DNA from: Narcine bancroftii
Taxonomy: Eukaryota
Length of the DNA: 64,000 bases
Direction: 5' to 3'
NCBI RefSeq assembly: GCF_036971445.1
Contig: NC_091473.1
Location: 233,182,001 to 233,246,000 of the forward strand
Below the pieces are notes generated by a model that had not been told where the DNA came from, made no database searches, and saw only the letters and a program-made list of their open reading frames with translations. Each line of letters opens with the position of its first letter. Position 1 is the stretch's first letter. A program made the translations under genes and the position numbers. This document shows, in pieces, positions 24,220 through 38,062 of this stretch.

Positions 24220-25330
24220 TTAAAAAGATTGATCAGCAAACTCCAAGAACTGGGGCTCAACACCCCACCGTGTAATTGAATCCTGGTTTTCCTCGCTTCT
24301 AGACCACAATCAGTGAGGATTGGTGAGATAATCTCCGCAATCTCTCTCCATCAGACACAGAGCACTATGGGGCTGCTTTCTTAGCCTCCCGTTCTATTTG
24401 TTATACAGCTATATCTGGGTGGCTCAGGATGGCAGCAACACCATTTTCAAATTTGCTGATAATACCAGAGTAGTGGGTTGTATAAAAAAGGGTGATGAGC
24501 CAACAGGCAGGAGAGAAATTGAAAACTTGGCAGAAACAACAACCACCTCGCACTCAATGTCACCAAAACCAAGAAGCTGATTATTGACTTCAGGAAAGGA
24601 AAGCCAAAAGTGTACAATTCAGTGATCATCAGGGAATCAGAGGTGGAGAGGTTCTTGGGACTCACTATCTCGGAGGATCTTTCCTGGATCCAACACCCTA
24701 ATCGCATTACGAAGAAAGCATGTTCGTGCCCTTACTTCCTCAGGAGTTTTGTATGACATCAGAAAAGCTGGCCAATTTCTGCAGTCATGCAATAGAAAGT
24801 GTGCTGACCAGCTGAATCACAGTCAGGTAAGGGGACACCAGTACCCCTGAGTGGAGAATCCTGCAAAAGGTAGTGGAAACAATCAAGGACATCACAGGCA
24901 AAACCTTCCCTACCATTGAAACATCTACAGGGAATGCTGCCATTGGAGACCATCAGCCATCATCAAGGAGCCACATCATCCAGCACACACTCTGTTCTCA
25001 CTGCTACCATCAGGAAAGAGGTATAGATGCCATAAGACTCCTACTGCCTGGTTCAGGAATAGCTGCTACCTCCACCATCAATCTCCTCAACAACACTTAA
25101 TCAGAAAATTACAGTTTTTAAGGACTCTGCTTCTTCACTTTATTGATTGTTTTTCCTCTCTATTGCACAGTTTATTTGTTTCTTTATTTGTTTACATGTT
25201 TATGTATCTTCTTGAGTACAGTGTTTTACACTGCCAATTAGTGGCAATTCTGCCTTGCCTGCAGATTAAAGAATCTCAGGGACAGTGTCGTATATGATGT
25301 CATTTATATACTCTGTCAATAAATCTGAAC
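24220..25330 (+). mobile_element. Rex1/Babar-like LINE 3' portion
   Basis: KFADNT.VVG and KTKKLIIDFRK remnants; ends aataaatctgaacttga. Confidence 0.8.
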
Positions 25331-25387
25331 TTGATTAACCACATGCTTAAGATAAAATTATAAATGGTACATTCTTCTAGTTATTAC

Positions 25388-25433
25388 CATTTTTTCAGCA
25401 TCTTCCGAAAATCCCCAGGATCTGGAACATTTT
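25388..25433 (-). CDS. IGFN1: IGFN1 46-nt micro-exon (ENVPDPGDFRKMLKK)
   Basis: DFRKxLKK motif (MyBP-C/IGFN1 motif region); aag/gtaat borders. Confidence 0.87.
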
Positions 25434-26258
25434 CTTTGGAAAATAGAACAGAAAGATCACAATATATTTAAGACGGACCAAATTATTGGCCTTTATTGCC
25501 AGAAAAATAGTTCTTGGTCTGAAGCATTACTTGCATGAAGGAGTTGCAACAGCACATGGGATAAATTTGAAAGCAGAATTCAATAGTACATTGAATTCCA
25601 AAGGTAGAGGCTATTTAGCACACTTAATGCTGGTTATTGGCGATAAATATAAAGACATATAAATTAGCAATACATTAAAATAAAGAGTTAGTAATGTTAG
25701 CCTTCTCTGGATGAAGCCATTACTGCAGCCAAGTTTTCTTTGCCTGATATTTTTCCACTAACATTACCGGGAGCAGATCTCACTAATGAATACAAGATGC
25801 CATAGAGATTTGGAGGAGGCTCTGGACCGATGGGGCACATTCTCAGAATGAGCAGTTGGACATTTAGAGATGAGGGGAACTTGTTTATGGAGAGAGTTGT
25901 GAAGCTTTGGAATCTTAGCAGGTCATGGACACTAAATTATTGAGGCCAAGATTACCAGGAAATCAGGGATATGGGGAACAGCTGACAAAATGTGGTTATG
26001 GGCCAGGATCAGCTGAGATCTTGTAAGATGGTGGAGGAGGTTTGAAGAAAATGTGGTCTATTCAGTGAATTGTGTTATTGCAAGCACTGCTATTCCAGAA
26101 TCAGCCAGAAGGTGGTCTTTTGTTATTGTCTTTCAAGTAGTTATAAAGAAATGCATATTTCTTTTTTTTTACAATTTATTTTAACGAGCCTATCCCAAGT
26201 AAGGTTACTTTGCAAGATACAAAGAAATGATTCAATTTTGTGAATCATCTATACTCAC

Positions 26259-26300
26259 CTTGTATTTTTCCAGGTTTTTTAAGTTTCTTCTTGAAGCCAA
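26259..26300 (-). CDS. IGFN1: IGFN1 42-nt micro-exon (VGFKKKLKKPGKIQ)
   Basis: ttag/gtgag borders, phase 1-1; equivalent to VGFRK in mammalian IGFN1. Confidence 0.85.
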
Positions 26301-27005
26301 CTAATTATATTCATGTGAACAAAGAAGGATGCATTCGGTCATGAAGATACAAAAATGGCAATGGAAGAGCAGCAAAAATGTCAAGAAGGTTGCACTTAAG
26401 TAAGAGTTACGCCATAATTCAGAAAGCACAAGGGGGTAGAACGGCTTACTTCAGCTATTTCTCAAGTTTGAAAACATGAATTGATTATATTTTATCACCA
26501 AGCAGTTTAAAATTACAAACAGAAGCCTTGAAGATTTCAGCAAAACTTGGAAAATCTTAAATTTTTTGATTGGCTTATTTATTTCTGTCTTGGATGTAGG
26601 ATTGCACATGACTCGCTTCCAACTTTGTCATTCATAAATAATCGAGTTCGCTCCAGAAATAATGTCATTTGTTATGAATCTATGTATTTTAATATTATTT
26701 ACATTCAATTTTGGAACTTCAACATTGGCATCTCATTTATTAAACATACCATGTATAACTTGATCTCTTAGAGGACAGATATGCTGCTTACAATGGCCAT
26801 TGGTGAACATAAAGGACTTATTTGGAATTGATTTTTAATCATGTACTCCTTTCTCATACTTTGGTGCTAGAGAAATCTCGATTGAGGTTGCATGGGGATC
26901 AGTGATCAGAGCAATGCAGATGTATAGATGATTACTTGTTTATTCAAAATGCTAATTCAAGATGTCAACTTTGAATATTATCAAGGTATTCTGATAGATA
27001 CTCAC

Positions 27006-27105
27006 CTTCTATAATATTCAGGTTTGTTACACACCTGGCTTCTCCATATTCATTACTAAAGGTACACTTGTAGGATCCAGCATCCTCTGGAGTCAGTTGT
27101 TTCAG
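27006..27105 (-). CDS. IGFN1: IGFN1 exon, Ig1 second half (LKQLTPEDAGSYKCTFSNEYGEARCVTNLNIIE)
   Basis: DxGxYxC motif; taag/gtgag borders; too short for the ORF track. Confidence 0.92.
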
Positions 27106-27643
27106 CTTAAATAACAATACAATGAATTACTCTATTTGAAATTCTTTGTACAATTTCATTGCCATCGCAAACTCAGTGAATGATTCTTAATCCATTATAC
27201 CCCATGAAGAGGATTGCAAACATTGTAAAACCAGTGTTGAAAGTTGTATATCATCCCATTGCTGCATTAAATTGCAAGGACTGTGAAATACATTTTGTAT
27301 TAAATTGCAAATATTTGGTCGATACGGATTGGCCATGTGTTTCTGATTCTGTAATATTTTTACTGGGAGAGATGAAAGAAAACATGAACCCCTGTAGGAA
27401 TACAGGGAGCCCTGTATAAACAGATTTTATATAGTGGAAGTGGTTTAACAGTGCAACATCTTGATTCAGAAGTAATTTAGCATATTTAAAAACACTATGA
27501 AAAATCAAGCTAATAATATCCATATTCTGGCCCAACTAAAATACACCAGCCTTCTCAAGAAAATGAAACTGATAATACATCACAGTCTTCTAAATGTCAT
27601 ACAGGAATTAGAATCAGATTTATAGCGCAAGTACTATTATTAC

Positions 27644-27783
27644 CTGCAAAATATGTTCATTTGTAATCGTATCATAGTAGATCTTGTAATGGTCATCATT
27701 TGTTAGATTTTTCTCTTTGATGCTCCAGACTACAGAAGGCATTGGATTTCCTCGTACGACTGCTTTAAAACTGGTACTTTTAC
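27644..27783 (-). CDS. IGFN1: IGFN1 exon, Ig1 first half (KSTSFKAVVRGNPMPSVVW...EHILQ)
   Basis: caag/gtaat borders, 140 nt, I-set Ig motif. Confidence 0.92.
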
Positions 27784-27867
27784 CTTGATAAAGAAAGATA
27801 AATGGATCATAATTAAAATACTTCCAAGCCACGCAAATTATAGTTGGAATTTTCTTTACAGCATTTC

Positions 27868-28092
27868 GGTGGCACGGTTAGAGTAATGCTGTTACAGTGG
27901 CAGCGACTCGTGTTCGAATCCCGTGCTGTCTGTTAGGTATTTGTACACTCTCCCTGTGTCTGCATGAGTTTCTTCTGGATACTCCAATATTCTCCCATCA
28001 TTCAAAATGTACAGGTGGTGTACACAACTGGATATAATTGGGCAGCACTGGCTTTTGGAAGGAAAGGGCCTGTTACTATACGGTATGTCTTT
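27868..28092 (+). mobile_element. tRNA-derived SINE copy
   Basis: A-box/B-box (GTGGCACGGTTAG ... GTTCGAATCCC) and family core. Confidence 0.8.
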
Positions 28093-28989
28093 AAATTAAA
28101 AAAAAAATTATGGATACATCGCAATCAAGTTGGATTCCATACCAGATAAGTATCAAGGGAAAGGTGAGCAGGAATATTGGTTCACAATCAACAGTTTTTG
28201 CTTCCAATTCTATGCTCTGAAGAATAGAAAATTAATATGTTGCTGCGTGAGATTACAGGATCCTGTACGTATGGCACAAGATCCAATCTCACCATTAACT
28301 CTTGGGAGTCTCTACTTGTCAGAAATAGGAGTGTCAAATGATTCAATCCCTGATCATTCCAGGACTGCTTCACATCTGATCTGCAGAGTTAGTTCGGTAG
28401 AATTTTTCACTCAGATAGGAAGCCTTTGAGCCAACTCTATCTCCAACTCCTCTGCTCTCTTCAGTATGGCCTTTCATACGTTTGCTTTTAAAGTCTGTCA
28501 TGGTCAAGTTTGGAAAATTACATTTGAATCCGCTTTCATCATCCTTGCTCTTGAATGTATTTCAGATCCTGACCAACTCGATGGATTTTTGAAAATGTTA
28601 TGTAGCATTTAGCTTTGTTTTTGGTGATCTTAAATCAATATCCATGGGTATATCCTGTGGGAGAAATGACCTCTTTATTTAATCTAAATGCAACAATTGA
28701 TTTTGACACATTTATTTGAGAATGCTATGAGTTGGTCTAGTTGCTTGCCAATTTAGACTTTGTCACATTTCCATATTCAGCTTCAAAATAAGACAATCTC
28801 ACTCCACTTTTAGCAGTTCAGGTTCATGCTCTCAGCTGAGTATCAAAGCTCGTGTTGCTCCACTGAAGAAACTGGCAGTACAAATATTGTCTAACTTGAA
28901 GCTGAGATTTAAGGAAGATTTTCTCAAGGGGAAGGGTCTCAAAGATAGATGCTCACGCTTTTGAGCTCTCTGCACCTTCATTTCCTTAC

Positions 28990-29112
28990 CCTCCTGCATG
29001 GTCATTGAGATTGGTCGGCGTTCAATGTTGGGTGCACTGCATCCTTCTGGGACATTTTCAGTGAATTCTACCAGAGTGACACCTGGAACCGATGATTTCT
29101 TTAACTTGACAC
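28990..29112 (-). CDS. IGFN1: IGFN1 exon (GVKLKKSSVPGVTLVEFTENVPEGCSAPNIERRPISMTMQEG)
   Basis: tgtag acceptor, gtaag donor, 123 nt, phase 1-1; matches the IGFN1 N-terminus. Confidence 0.92.
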
Positions 29113-29627
29113 CTACAGATTTCAAGAAGATTTGAGAAAAATGTTCATTGTTTTTAGTGAAGGACTTGTAATAATTTTTAACTGTTTCCCCTCATTTTCA
29201 TTGGGATGTTGGCATTTTAACTGCTTTGAACCTGCACACAGCATCTTTCAGTTACTCCAGGCTGGGGAACAATTTTGCCCCGCAGGCAGTGAGAATGCTG
29301 AACGACCAAAGGAACTGTTGACACTAACCATCTGAGGCTCTCATATTCAAGAAACAACACTTATTTATTAGTACATAGAACACTGCATATATACTGTTTG
29401 TCCCCATGTATGTGATGTCTGGTTGTGTGTCTGCATGTTTTTGCACCAAGGACCGGAGAATGCTGTTTTGTCAGGTTATACTTGTGCAATTAGATGTCAA
29501 TAAACTTGAATGATCTGGAACCACTCCAAGTCTTGATACAATAGTGTGTGCATTGCCCTAATTTCTCAATGGAGCATTGTAGCTGTGAAGAAAATGGTGA
29601 TATTACAACATTTTTTTTTCAAAAGTA

Positions 29628-29872
29628 TGTAGTTGATAGGCGCTACCAGTAACCACCGAGACTAGACTGAGGGAACAATGGGCTTTAATATACAGAAGAA
29701 CCTTGCTGGCCCAGATCCAGGTATAGGAATGGAGGGAAGGAAGAGGTGGCTCTACCTTAATGGCCCACCACCACAAGGGAGGAGTCATAGGGTATGAGTC
29801 ATCAGTGGGTGGGCCAGCTCCATAAGTACAATAGTCAACAATAACTATATACAATGGAGGAAACATATCACA
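29628..29872. mobile_element. Possible solo LTR
   Basis: TGTAG...TCACA ends, LTR-like size and composition; no clean TSD. Confidence 0.4.
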
Positions 29873-29915
29873 ATAGTATTCTGTACTTCTAGTTCATTTT
29901 CAATTGAGTTGGACT

Positions 29916-30857
29916 GTCATGTTAAGAGAACAAATTTAACAGCCCTGCAAGATATGGGAGAATGACTGAGCTGACAGGCTGAGGACAACCTGCACTCAAA
30001 TTGGATACTTTTGAAGAAGCAAGGCAGTGTCCCTAGAACACAGGTGCAGAGACCCTGTGACCAGCGTGTTGAAGACACAGAGCACTGTTTTGCTCAGAGG
30101 CCATTTTAAGGAAGTAGCATCTTTTGAAGGGACGCTGTGCTGAAGTGTCCACGTGTGATAACAGACAAGTTGTCAGATTTCTCTGTGTTGTAGGGGAATG
30201 AGTAGGGGTTATTTTAATGGAGCAGTGCTGTGGAGCAGAGCTCTTAGAAGTAATACAGAACTGAAGTGGCCTTGTGTGTGGTTATAGGCAATCTGATTTC
30301 CCCATGTTATAGTGGAATGAGTAGTGGCCATTTTAAGGAGACAGCATTTGGAGAGGCACCCTTTGAAGGGATGCTGTGCTGAATGTGGCCTAATGTGGTG
30401 ATAGACAATTTGATTTTATATTGCTACTCTGTGACCAAAAAAGAGAGGTCACTGTGAAAGGGGACTTGTTGAATCCCAGTGAGGCAAAGGAAAAGACACT
30501 TCTGAAAGGAATTGTTGAACCCTACTGTGGCTAAAAGAAAAAGGACATTTCTATGGAAACACCTCCACAAGGATTTTGTGAGTTAATAAACAGTCTGTCA
30601 CCCCAGTCTCTCCCAGCTCCTTTGTGAACTTCTTTGCATCCATCTTAAGCCTGCATGCCGACATTGGATTTTCTGAGACTGAACTTTGAACTGCCTTTCC
30701 AGAATTAGGCCTGAGCTGTAGTGACAAAGGCACATAAGTATTTTTGCGCATAGTTGGGGGGTTAAGTGAAGATAAGTTTGGATAATTTTAGATAAGTGTA
30801 GATAAATTAGATAAGGCATTAATCAATAATTAAAAAAATAGTATTTTAAATATAACA
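29916..30857 (+). mobile_element. Possible ERV-like long LTR with internal direct repeats
   Basis: TGTCA...TAACA ends; repeated ggccattttaagga and ctttgaaggga.gctgtgctgaa blocks; AATAAA near 30585. Confidence 0.4.
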
Positions 30858-31494
30858 CTGGGCGAATTTCTATTGTTGCTGACTGGTGTGTAACCCAAAG
30901 AATTGTAAATTGCTTAGATGCTGTAGTTGGAAATACCAGCATTGTGGATTCTAAACCTCCAGGCCAGAAGTTGGAAGTTTTTATCCTTCAGAAATTACAT
31001 TATGTTCAGGAAAGGATTAAAAAGCCAAAATATAATTGAATCAAAACTTCATCTTCAGATTGTAAAAGGGAGATAAATGAGGGCAGTAAGTTTTCAGTTT
31101 AGAGTGAATGTATGAAATGGACCTGTCGGAATGACGATGCAGCCACCATAGTGGAATCACTTAAGAAATAATTAGTTGCCCCATGATTTGAAGGTGGGCT
31201 TTTTGTAATTATTTTGTAAATAATTGGAAAAAAAAGAACTTGGCAAAGATGGTCAGAATGTTTTGGTGTTTGGGAAAGAGCTGATAGTTGCAATGTGGAA
31301 AGAGACAATACTCTCCAGTATATCATTCTGTGAGTTAGAGCTGACCTGCGTTCAATATAACTCAAATGTGCATCAAGGATCTCATGTTATAAAGAACAAA
31401 TGGACATTACGATTCTTGGAACTTTTTTTAAACTTCTTCAGTTTTCCACTGCACTAAAAGAAAGCATGTTCCACAAAAAAAAAGAGGGGTTTAC

Positions 31495-31537
31495 CTGGCG
31501 TGAAGCTTTTAATTGGTTGATTAACTTTCTTGTCCAT
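31495..31537 (-). CDS. IGFN1: IGFN1 first coding exon (MDKKVNQPIKSFTP-G)
   Basis: Kozak-like GCCATGG; donor CAG|gtaaac; phase 1 fits the next exon. Confidence 0.7.
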
Positions 31538-32087
31538 GGCTTCGCTCTTGCCACTTGCTCAAAAGATTGATTGAAAACTGTTCATTGAAAGAAAATAATG
31601 CATTTCATCATTTGATTTTCTAAAACTACTTTGATTTTTCTTTTTAAAGAATTTGAAGAACTGTGCCTCCATCAACAATATTACACCTGATCACTGTCAC
31701 ATAGATCAACTCGTAGCGATTAAAGTTGGTAAAGATCTTTATTTTACATGGCAAGCAGTCGTTCTCTTGGAGATCTCATCAGAATCTCCAAACTCAAAAC
31801 ACATTTCATTTTTATACTTTTTATGAACAAATATTAGTAGCAAGTGATTAAATAACAGGGACATTGTTTACTTCCGTATTTTAGCCTGATAAATGTTTCC
31901 TTCGGCATATTTACAACGAGAGCATACTACAAAGTCAACAGATATTCAAACACATTTGCTGGATCGAAGTAATTTGCATGGCTGATCTAAGAATCTTCTG
32001 AAGATGGAATCCAGACAAGACATCCAAATAAAAAGCATGAGAGCTGAATCTAGGTACACAAACATACTGGGAGTTGTAGATTAATTG

Positions 32088-32240
32088 ACCCATCCCCAAC
32101 CAACCAATTTTCCCCTGCAACCGCTGCAATCGTGTCTGCCTGTCCCGCATCGGACTTGTCAGCCACAAACGAGTCTGCAGCTGACGTGGACTTTTTACCC
32201 CCTCCATAAATCTTCGTCCGCGAAGCCAAGCCAAAGAAAG
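32088..32240 (+). mobile_element. RTE 3'-end fragment inserted inside a SINE (possible TSD aattg)
   Basis: Matches the RTE 3' end; SINE sequence resumes on both sides. Confidence 0.85.
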
Positions 32241-32471
32241 AATTGGGCAGCATGGGCTTGTGGGCCGAAAGGGGCTGTTACCATCGAAATTTAACATTTT
32301 TACAATTTAAAATTAAAAAAACAAAATTTAAAAGCATTCCAATTGATAGGTAATTATGATTAAAATATGGCTATAACCATGTTTTGTTCTAAATTACAAA
32401 ATAAAATCTGGTGTGGAAGCTTTTATCTCCATTATGATGCAAAATATCTTAGCTGGAGGCTTGATGTAGGC

Positions 32472-32817
32472 CAGGGGTTCTCAACCTTTTTCTTTCCACT
32501 CACATACCACCTTAAGTAATCCCTATGCCATAGGTGCTTTTGTGATTAGTAAGGGATTGCTTAAAGTGGTATGTGAGTGGGAAAGGAAGGTTGAGAATCA
32601 CTGCTCTAGACCCAATAGTTACTGAAATAGTTTTGCTTGAGGAAAAAAATGGTAATTGGCCCATTTCCTTTAGAGTTGTGAAACCGTGCACATGACGAGT
32701 CAATTAGGTACGGTTTCAAACCTTTTATTTCCACCCACACACCACCTTAAGCAATCCCGACAGCAAAGGGATTACTTAAAGTAGTATGTGAGTGGAAAGA
32801 AAAAGGTTGAGAACCTG
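32472..32817. mobile_element. hAT MITE copy (same family as 20080-20418)
   Basis: TIR CAGGGGTTCTCAACCTTTT ... AAAAGGTTGAGAACCTG. Confidence 0.85.
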
Positions 32818-33024
32818 AATTGTAGCCCAATTAATACAGCCACATTGTCTTGGGTTTAATTGATGTATATGGGAACTTCTCAGTAATCTTTTTGGAAATC
32901 AAACTGCTCAGGTGTCCCAGAAGCCCATGTTTTTAAATCGTGACCACACTCCTAAGCTGTCTTCACAATGAGAACAGCCTTCCACTATCCACTCATTCCA
33001 GACCCCACGATGCTTTATTTACAA

Positions 33025-33243
33025 CAGTAAAATTCCTGTTACCCAGAATTCAAGCAACCAGCAGTTTCAAGCAGAAATAAAATAATCACGGAAAATAACT
33101 AGGTGTAAAATATGGAAATTTAAAATTACCATGCCTCACAGTTAGGTTGCCAATCACACAACACACAATCTCAAGCATCCGGCAAATACTCTTAACTGAC
33201 ACCTACCAATCCCCATAGGTGCTAGATACCAGGAGTTTTACTA
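33025..33243. mobile_element. Tigger/pogo-like MITE (partial relative at ~16450-16512)
   Basis: CAGTAAAATTCCTG ... CAGGAGTTTTACT inverted ends. Confidence 0.55.
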
Positions 33244-36200
33244 TACTTTCAGAAAGTCCCAGGCTCTTCAATTTATCCTTCTAACTGTACATTATTCCTG
33301 GAAATTTCTTCTGGACCAATGACTCTGCATACTAATTATTATGAGGCAATGAAAACAGAACACAATATTCTGAATGAGGCCAGTCAATGTTCTATAAAGA
33401 AGCCAAGACGTTGAATTCTATCAAAGTATTATATGCTCAAGGTTCCTTGAAACTCAGCAGTTTCAAATGATAACTGAGCACTTTCACTGGTATATCTAGG
33501 ACAAGTGGTACCCTAGGGCTGCCACCGACCTTGGTGTTCCCCTGATTTTAAAAAAAAATGCAGTAAAAAAAACCATCGCACACTAACTGTATGACATAGT
33601 TTCCATTTTAAGCATCCTTCACCACACACACAGGTTGTGGATACCTGTTGGGAGAGACCAGTCAGTCTTTACCCCCTTCCCTCTTCCTGATCACTAGGAG
33701 TCCTCATTTTGGCGATAGATTGCTGTTAGGTTGTTTAGGGTGCAGGATATAGGGCAGGCAGGCTGCAGTGAGATTGGCGAGGTATTAATTGGAAAATCAC
33801 TGCAGGAGGGCAGTCAGTGGGGAGCGCGTGGCCGGGACGTGCTATGACAGCTGCGCCAGCCGCCCGGCCTCCAGCACCTCACTGGGCTGCTTTGGGGCTG
33901 CTAATTGGTGCCAGCGGCTCAATGTGGGATCAATGGGCAAAATGGCCATCTTCCCTACCCATAATCTCCCACACAGCTGGAACCGTTCTTTGTTTCCCTG
34001 GCTGGCACTGGAAGAGCCACATTGAGCCACTGCCAGATGCCGTTTGCATGCTGGAACTGCCCCAAAGCCGCCCGTATTAGGCTAGGGACTCTGATATTTG
34101 GCGGGTAAAGAGAGGACAGTGGTGCCCTGGTTCTGTGCCCCACCTGCCATACCTTAGATATGCCTATGAGCACATTAGTCCAGAATGTCAATATTTGATT
34201 AACTATATTTCCTGAATGGGTAAGTTGTAATTAGCATATTTTTGATGGATGCTGAATCAAAGGTATATTGCAGTGGTTCTTAATTTCATTTTCTTCACTC
34301 ACATACCACCTTAATTAATCTCTTACTATATGGCAAGGTCATTTGGTTATTTAAGTGTGAGATCAAATGTTTCATAGTGGTAATTTTTTCCCCTGAAACT
34401 TGCCAGAAGGACAAGAAAGAACAGTCTTTCTACACTCTGATAAATCCATGATGTGTTTGTACAGGGCTGCAACTTCTCACTTATCAGATGAACCGTACTG
34501 AGTGCCAATGTAATGTTAAATCAGAAATAGAAAGAAAAATATACAATTCCAACAGTAATGGATGATTACAGTCAGTTTCATAATGTGCAATGCTATTTGG
34601 CCAAGAGTTGAGAAGTGACATTTGTTGTTCATCTAATTTTGGCTACAGTGTTCACCATGGACCATTGGCCTTCTCCTGTGTCGTTTACTTCTATGGTAAA
34701 GAAAGACAGTCTTGCAATGGGCAACTTTCACTGCCAGATCACTGTAATCAATGCTTGCCACATGATTAAAAGCATACGTGAAATGATTCTCTGGCAGGTT
34801 TATTTCGTATCTAAATTACAAGTGCAGGAACTTCAAATCATTCAATATATTTCAACAAGGATAGTTTTTCTTTAATCCATATAATCACAGGTCAAATGAC
34901 TTTTAAGGTTTCATTGCATTTTTCAGATTTGCGTTCAGCCTATTTTAACTCGTATATTTATCTTTTTGTTAATCTAATTTCCTCTTAATTACTGTGGCAA
35001 ATTTAGAAACTTAAATTAAAGAAACTTCATTGATAAAATAGCTTGAAGATTTAGGGTGTACAGATGTCCCAGAGACTCCCTGTCTGGTATTTGAAGTTAT
35101 TCGATTCATTATCTGTATCATTAATACAAGTTAACCTTGTTTAGAGGGAGGGGTTGGATTATTAGGGGTTATTTTATCTTTCCTTTTTCTTTTTATTGAT
35201 AGAGATAAACTAGATAAAGATGGATTTAACTGGGGATCATTAATCTTGATCATATCACTGAATAAGGTATAAAATCCTTTTTTATGTAAGGGAATTAATT
35301 TTGGCTATATTATGTTTTGAATGGAATATGTTAAGTAAATAATTATCATTATATACTTCTGATTTACAATTTACCTGTGGTATGTATATGATTTGATTTG
35401 TTAATTAGAAGACCATGTATAAAGGACTTTTTCTATTAAATTCAAAAAAATATTTTAAAATGATAAAATATAGTATAGATGAGAACCCTTTCATTATATT
35501 TACTTGTTTACATTCTCTTAAAACCTTTTTATATCCTACATTCAGTTAGCTTTCTACCTTGCTTTATAGCTTCACAATGCTTTACCCTCTATTTGGTTGC
35601 AGCCATGTGTCAGATATTTGTGAAGATTTAAGCCTTGGCAGTTCTGACATCCATTTCAGCGACAGGACATCTGGATATTTATGACTGCAAAGTCCAATGT
35701 CATTTTGGGCCTTGCCAACCCGATCAGAACTGGCTGGGGACCCATTCAGAATAAAAGTGAAATGAGTACACAACAACCCCTCCCACCATATTCCCTTCTA
35801 TAGTTTCTTCTGACTGCTTCTGAGATCCAGACATGCATTGACTCATCCTTCTTGCATACCTTCAAAAACTTGTAATCATTTGCCAGCAACAAGAGATTAA
35901 CAATAAATTTTATCCAAAATATTCAATGGCACTAAATGTGACTTTTATTGACAAATAATTTATTTTGCAAATATAATAAAGAGATTTTAATTGGGAATTC
36001 CAGCATGCCCATGAAGGGTTATTGAAGTGCAAAGATAACAGTAAATTGCTTCACTATTTTGTAATTATCTGTTTTGTGAAGGTAATGTATCTCAGTATGA
36101 CTGAATTGAAGAGAATCTTGTGGCAAAGTCCCAAGTGAAAAGTGCCAAATTAAAAATGATCTAAGCAATAAGCAGAGAATTTAAGATTCAGGTTTGATTT

Positions 36201-36531
36201 GGCATTTAGAACAATGTATAATGTGAAACCTTGCAAACTACGTATCTCTATTACCATACTGTTCAACGATCTCTTTCTATGTATGTGGAGGGATTAGAAA
36301 CATGAATGACTTTGAGCACTTGTTCAACTCATCTGGATGAATGTGATAAACATTCAGCAGTACGAGAACACTCAATATTTTGGTATTATAAATTGATAAT
36401 AGATTTTATGCTGTACTGTATTATTCAGAGAATAAAACTGCAATAAAGCTGCATCTTGCCTTTATTTTCAATATTTCTTTGACATGGAAGGGAGCCACTT
36501 TGGCCTATCAAGTTTGTGCCAGCTCACAAAG

Positions 36532-36617
36532 CAATCTAATTCCCAATCTAATTCCCAATCTAATTCCCAATCTAATTCCCAATCTAATTCCCAATCTAAT
36601 TCCCAATCTAATTCCCA
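36532..36617 (+). repeat. Minisatellite (CAATCTAATTCC)7
   Basis: Seven perfect 12-bp units inside a decayed SINE. Confidence 0.95.
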
Positions 36618-37712
36618 TTGTCTCCACATTTCCAATATCTAACCACTTTCCTGCACATCAGGGGCAATTTACCCTGCCAGTTAACCTCTCAACCTACAAG
36701 ACTTTGAGATGACAGGGAAAACTATTCCATTCAAACAAAGTCTACGCAGTCTTAAGAACATGTCAGCTCCACACAGCCGTGAAGGTTGGGACTGAACTAG
36801 GGTCACAGGGCTGTGATGCGGTTGATCTATTAACGGCCACACTGTTATCCATTTGTCTGTCCAACAGTCTCTATATCTGTGCCCTGCCTCTCTTTCTATC
36901 TAATCCAGCTAATGATATGCATCAAATAATAGATCAAGATGCTCATACAATAAATGATTTCAATGTGATTTTAGTAGAGACTTCAAGTGCAGACAGTTGT
37001 TTCTTGGTGTCTACTCAGAGGAAATTGTTAATATATTTTAATACCTTGCATAAGAATATTTAGAAATATTGCAAGTTTAAAACAAAAATACTCCAATTAA
37101 TTTTTGATATTTCTTTAAGGTCAATGCCATTGACACTTTGTACATTTAATTATATGTAACTCTATCCCTCTATATACATTTAATATTAAGTGAACAAGTG
37201 TCCTGTTAACAGAACCCTGATAAAACACTTCTTCATTTAGACCAGTTCAGCTCAACTATGCAGGGTGCACAGAATACAGATTAAATCCACTAGATGGAAC
37301 CAACCACACACAAAACTCCATCTGGTTTTAAACTCTAAGATGTTTTGATGTGTTTTTTTTTAAATCGATAACTCATAGTTAATGGCAAGACAGCCTACCT
37401 TCCCAACATATAACTGCTAATATCTTCACAAACTTTTTTTTTAAATCTCCAAAATTGTGTAGTTAGCTGAAATGATAAAAATGAGAGAAATGCAGATTGA
37501 GGATGTTCAACCTTTTGAGCCTCCATTATGTAACAATCTCTGTAATATTCAATTTGAGGTCAATCTCTCTACCCTATTTTCCCACCCCTTGAATGTTTTA
37601 ATGTCCAGAAATGTATTAATCTATATGAAATTTATTGTCTATTTCCCAACAGTGTGCTGTTCATGTATAAAACTGAAGCTAAGTAAAGGGCCTTCTATCT
37701 GTAATTTTAGCT

Positions 37713-38062
37713 CAGTGATTCTCAAACTTCTTTCCACTTTAAGTAATCCCTATTCCATTGGTGTTCTGTGATTAGTAAGGGATTGCTTAAGGTTGTGTAT
37801 GAATGGGAAGGGAAGGTTGAGAATCACTGCTCTAGACCCAGTTGTTACTGAAATATTTTGCTTGAGAAACATTGTCATTGGCCCATTTCCTTTGGAGTTA
37901 TGAAACCGTGCACATAACAAGTCAATGAGGTACGATTAAAACAGTGGTTTTCAAACTTTTTCTTTCCACCTGCATACCACCTTAAGCAATCCCTTACTAA
38001 TCACAGAGCACCTATGGCATAGGGAATACTTTAAGTGGAATGTGAGTGCAAAGAAAAAGGTT
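37713..38062. mobile_element. hAT MITE copy (same family; another partial copy at 34271-34330)
   Basis: Shared internal sequence and TIR remnants. Confidence 0.8.

Larger units (their letters stand above)
476..31537 (-). other. IGFN1: IGFN1-like gene (immunoglobulin-like and fibronectin type III domain-containing protein 1), 5' portion; 18 coding exons, truncated at window start
   Basis: Spliced peptide matches IGFN1 motifs in order: KKSSVPGV..EGCS.P, EHILQ, VGFKK, DFRKMLKK, WEILMNADKKDYERIC..YGI.DFRG, IFLYKD..IPY, VSPDGLTHRL, a large low-complexity exon, Ig, Ig, FN3 x3. All junctions are GT-AG with matching phases. Confidence 0.93.

Noticed and set aside
33514-34128. GC-rich block with TAGGGCTGCC/GGTGCCCTG ends and several short ORFs
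   Set aside because: Probably a decayed hAT-like element, but no TSD and no recognisable protein
36479-36712. ORF with NLIP repeats and an array-like appearance
   Set aside because: Translation of a 12-bp minisatellite; no spacers, so not CRISPR-like
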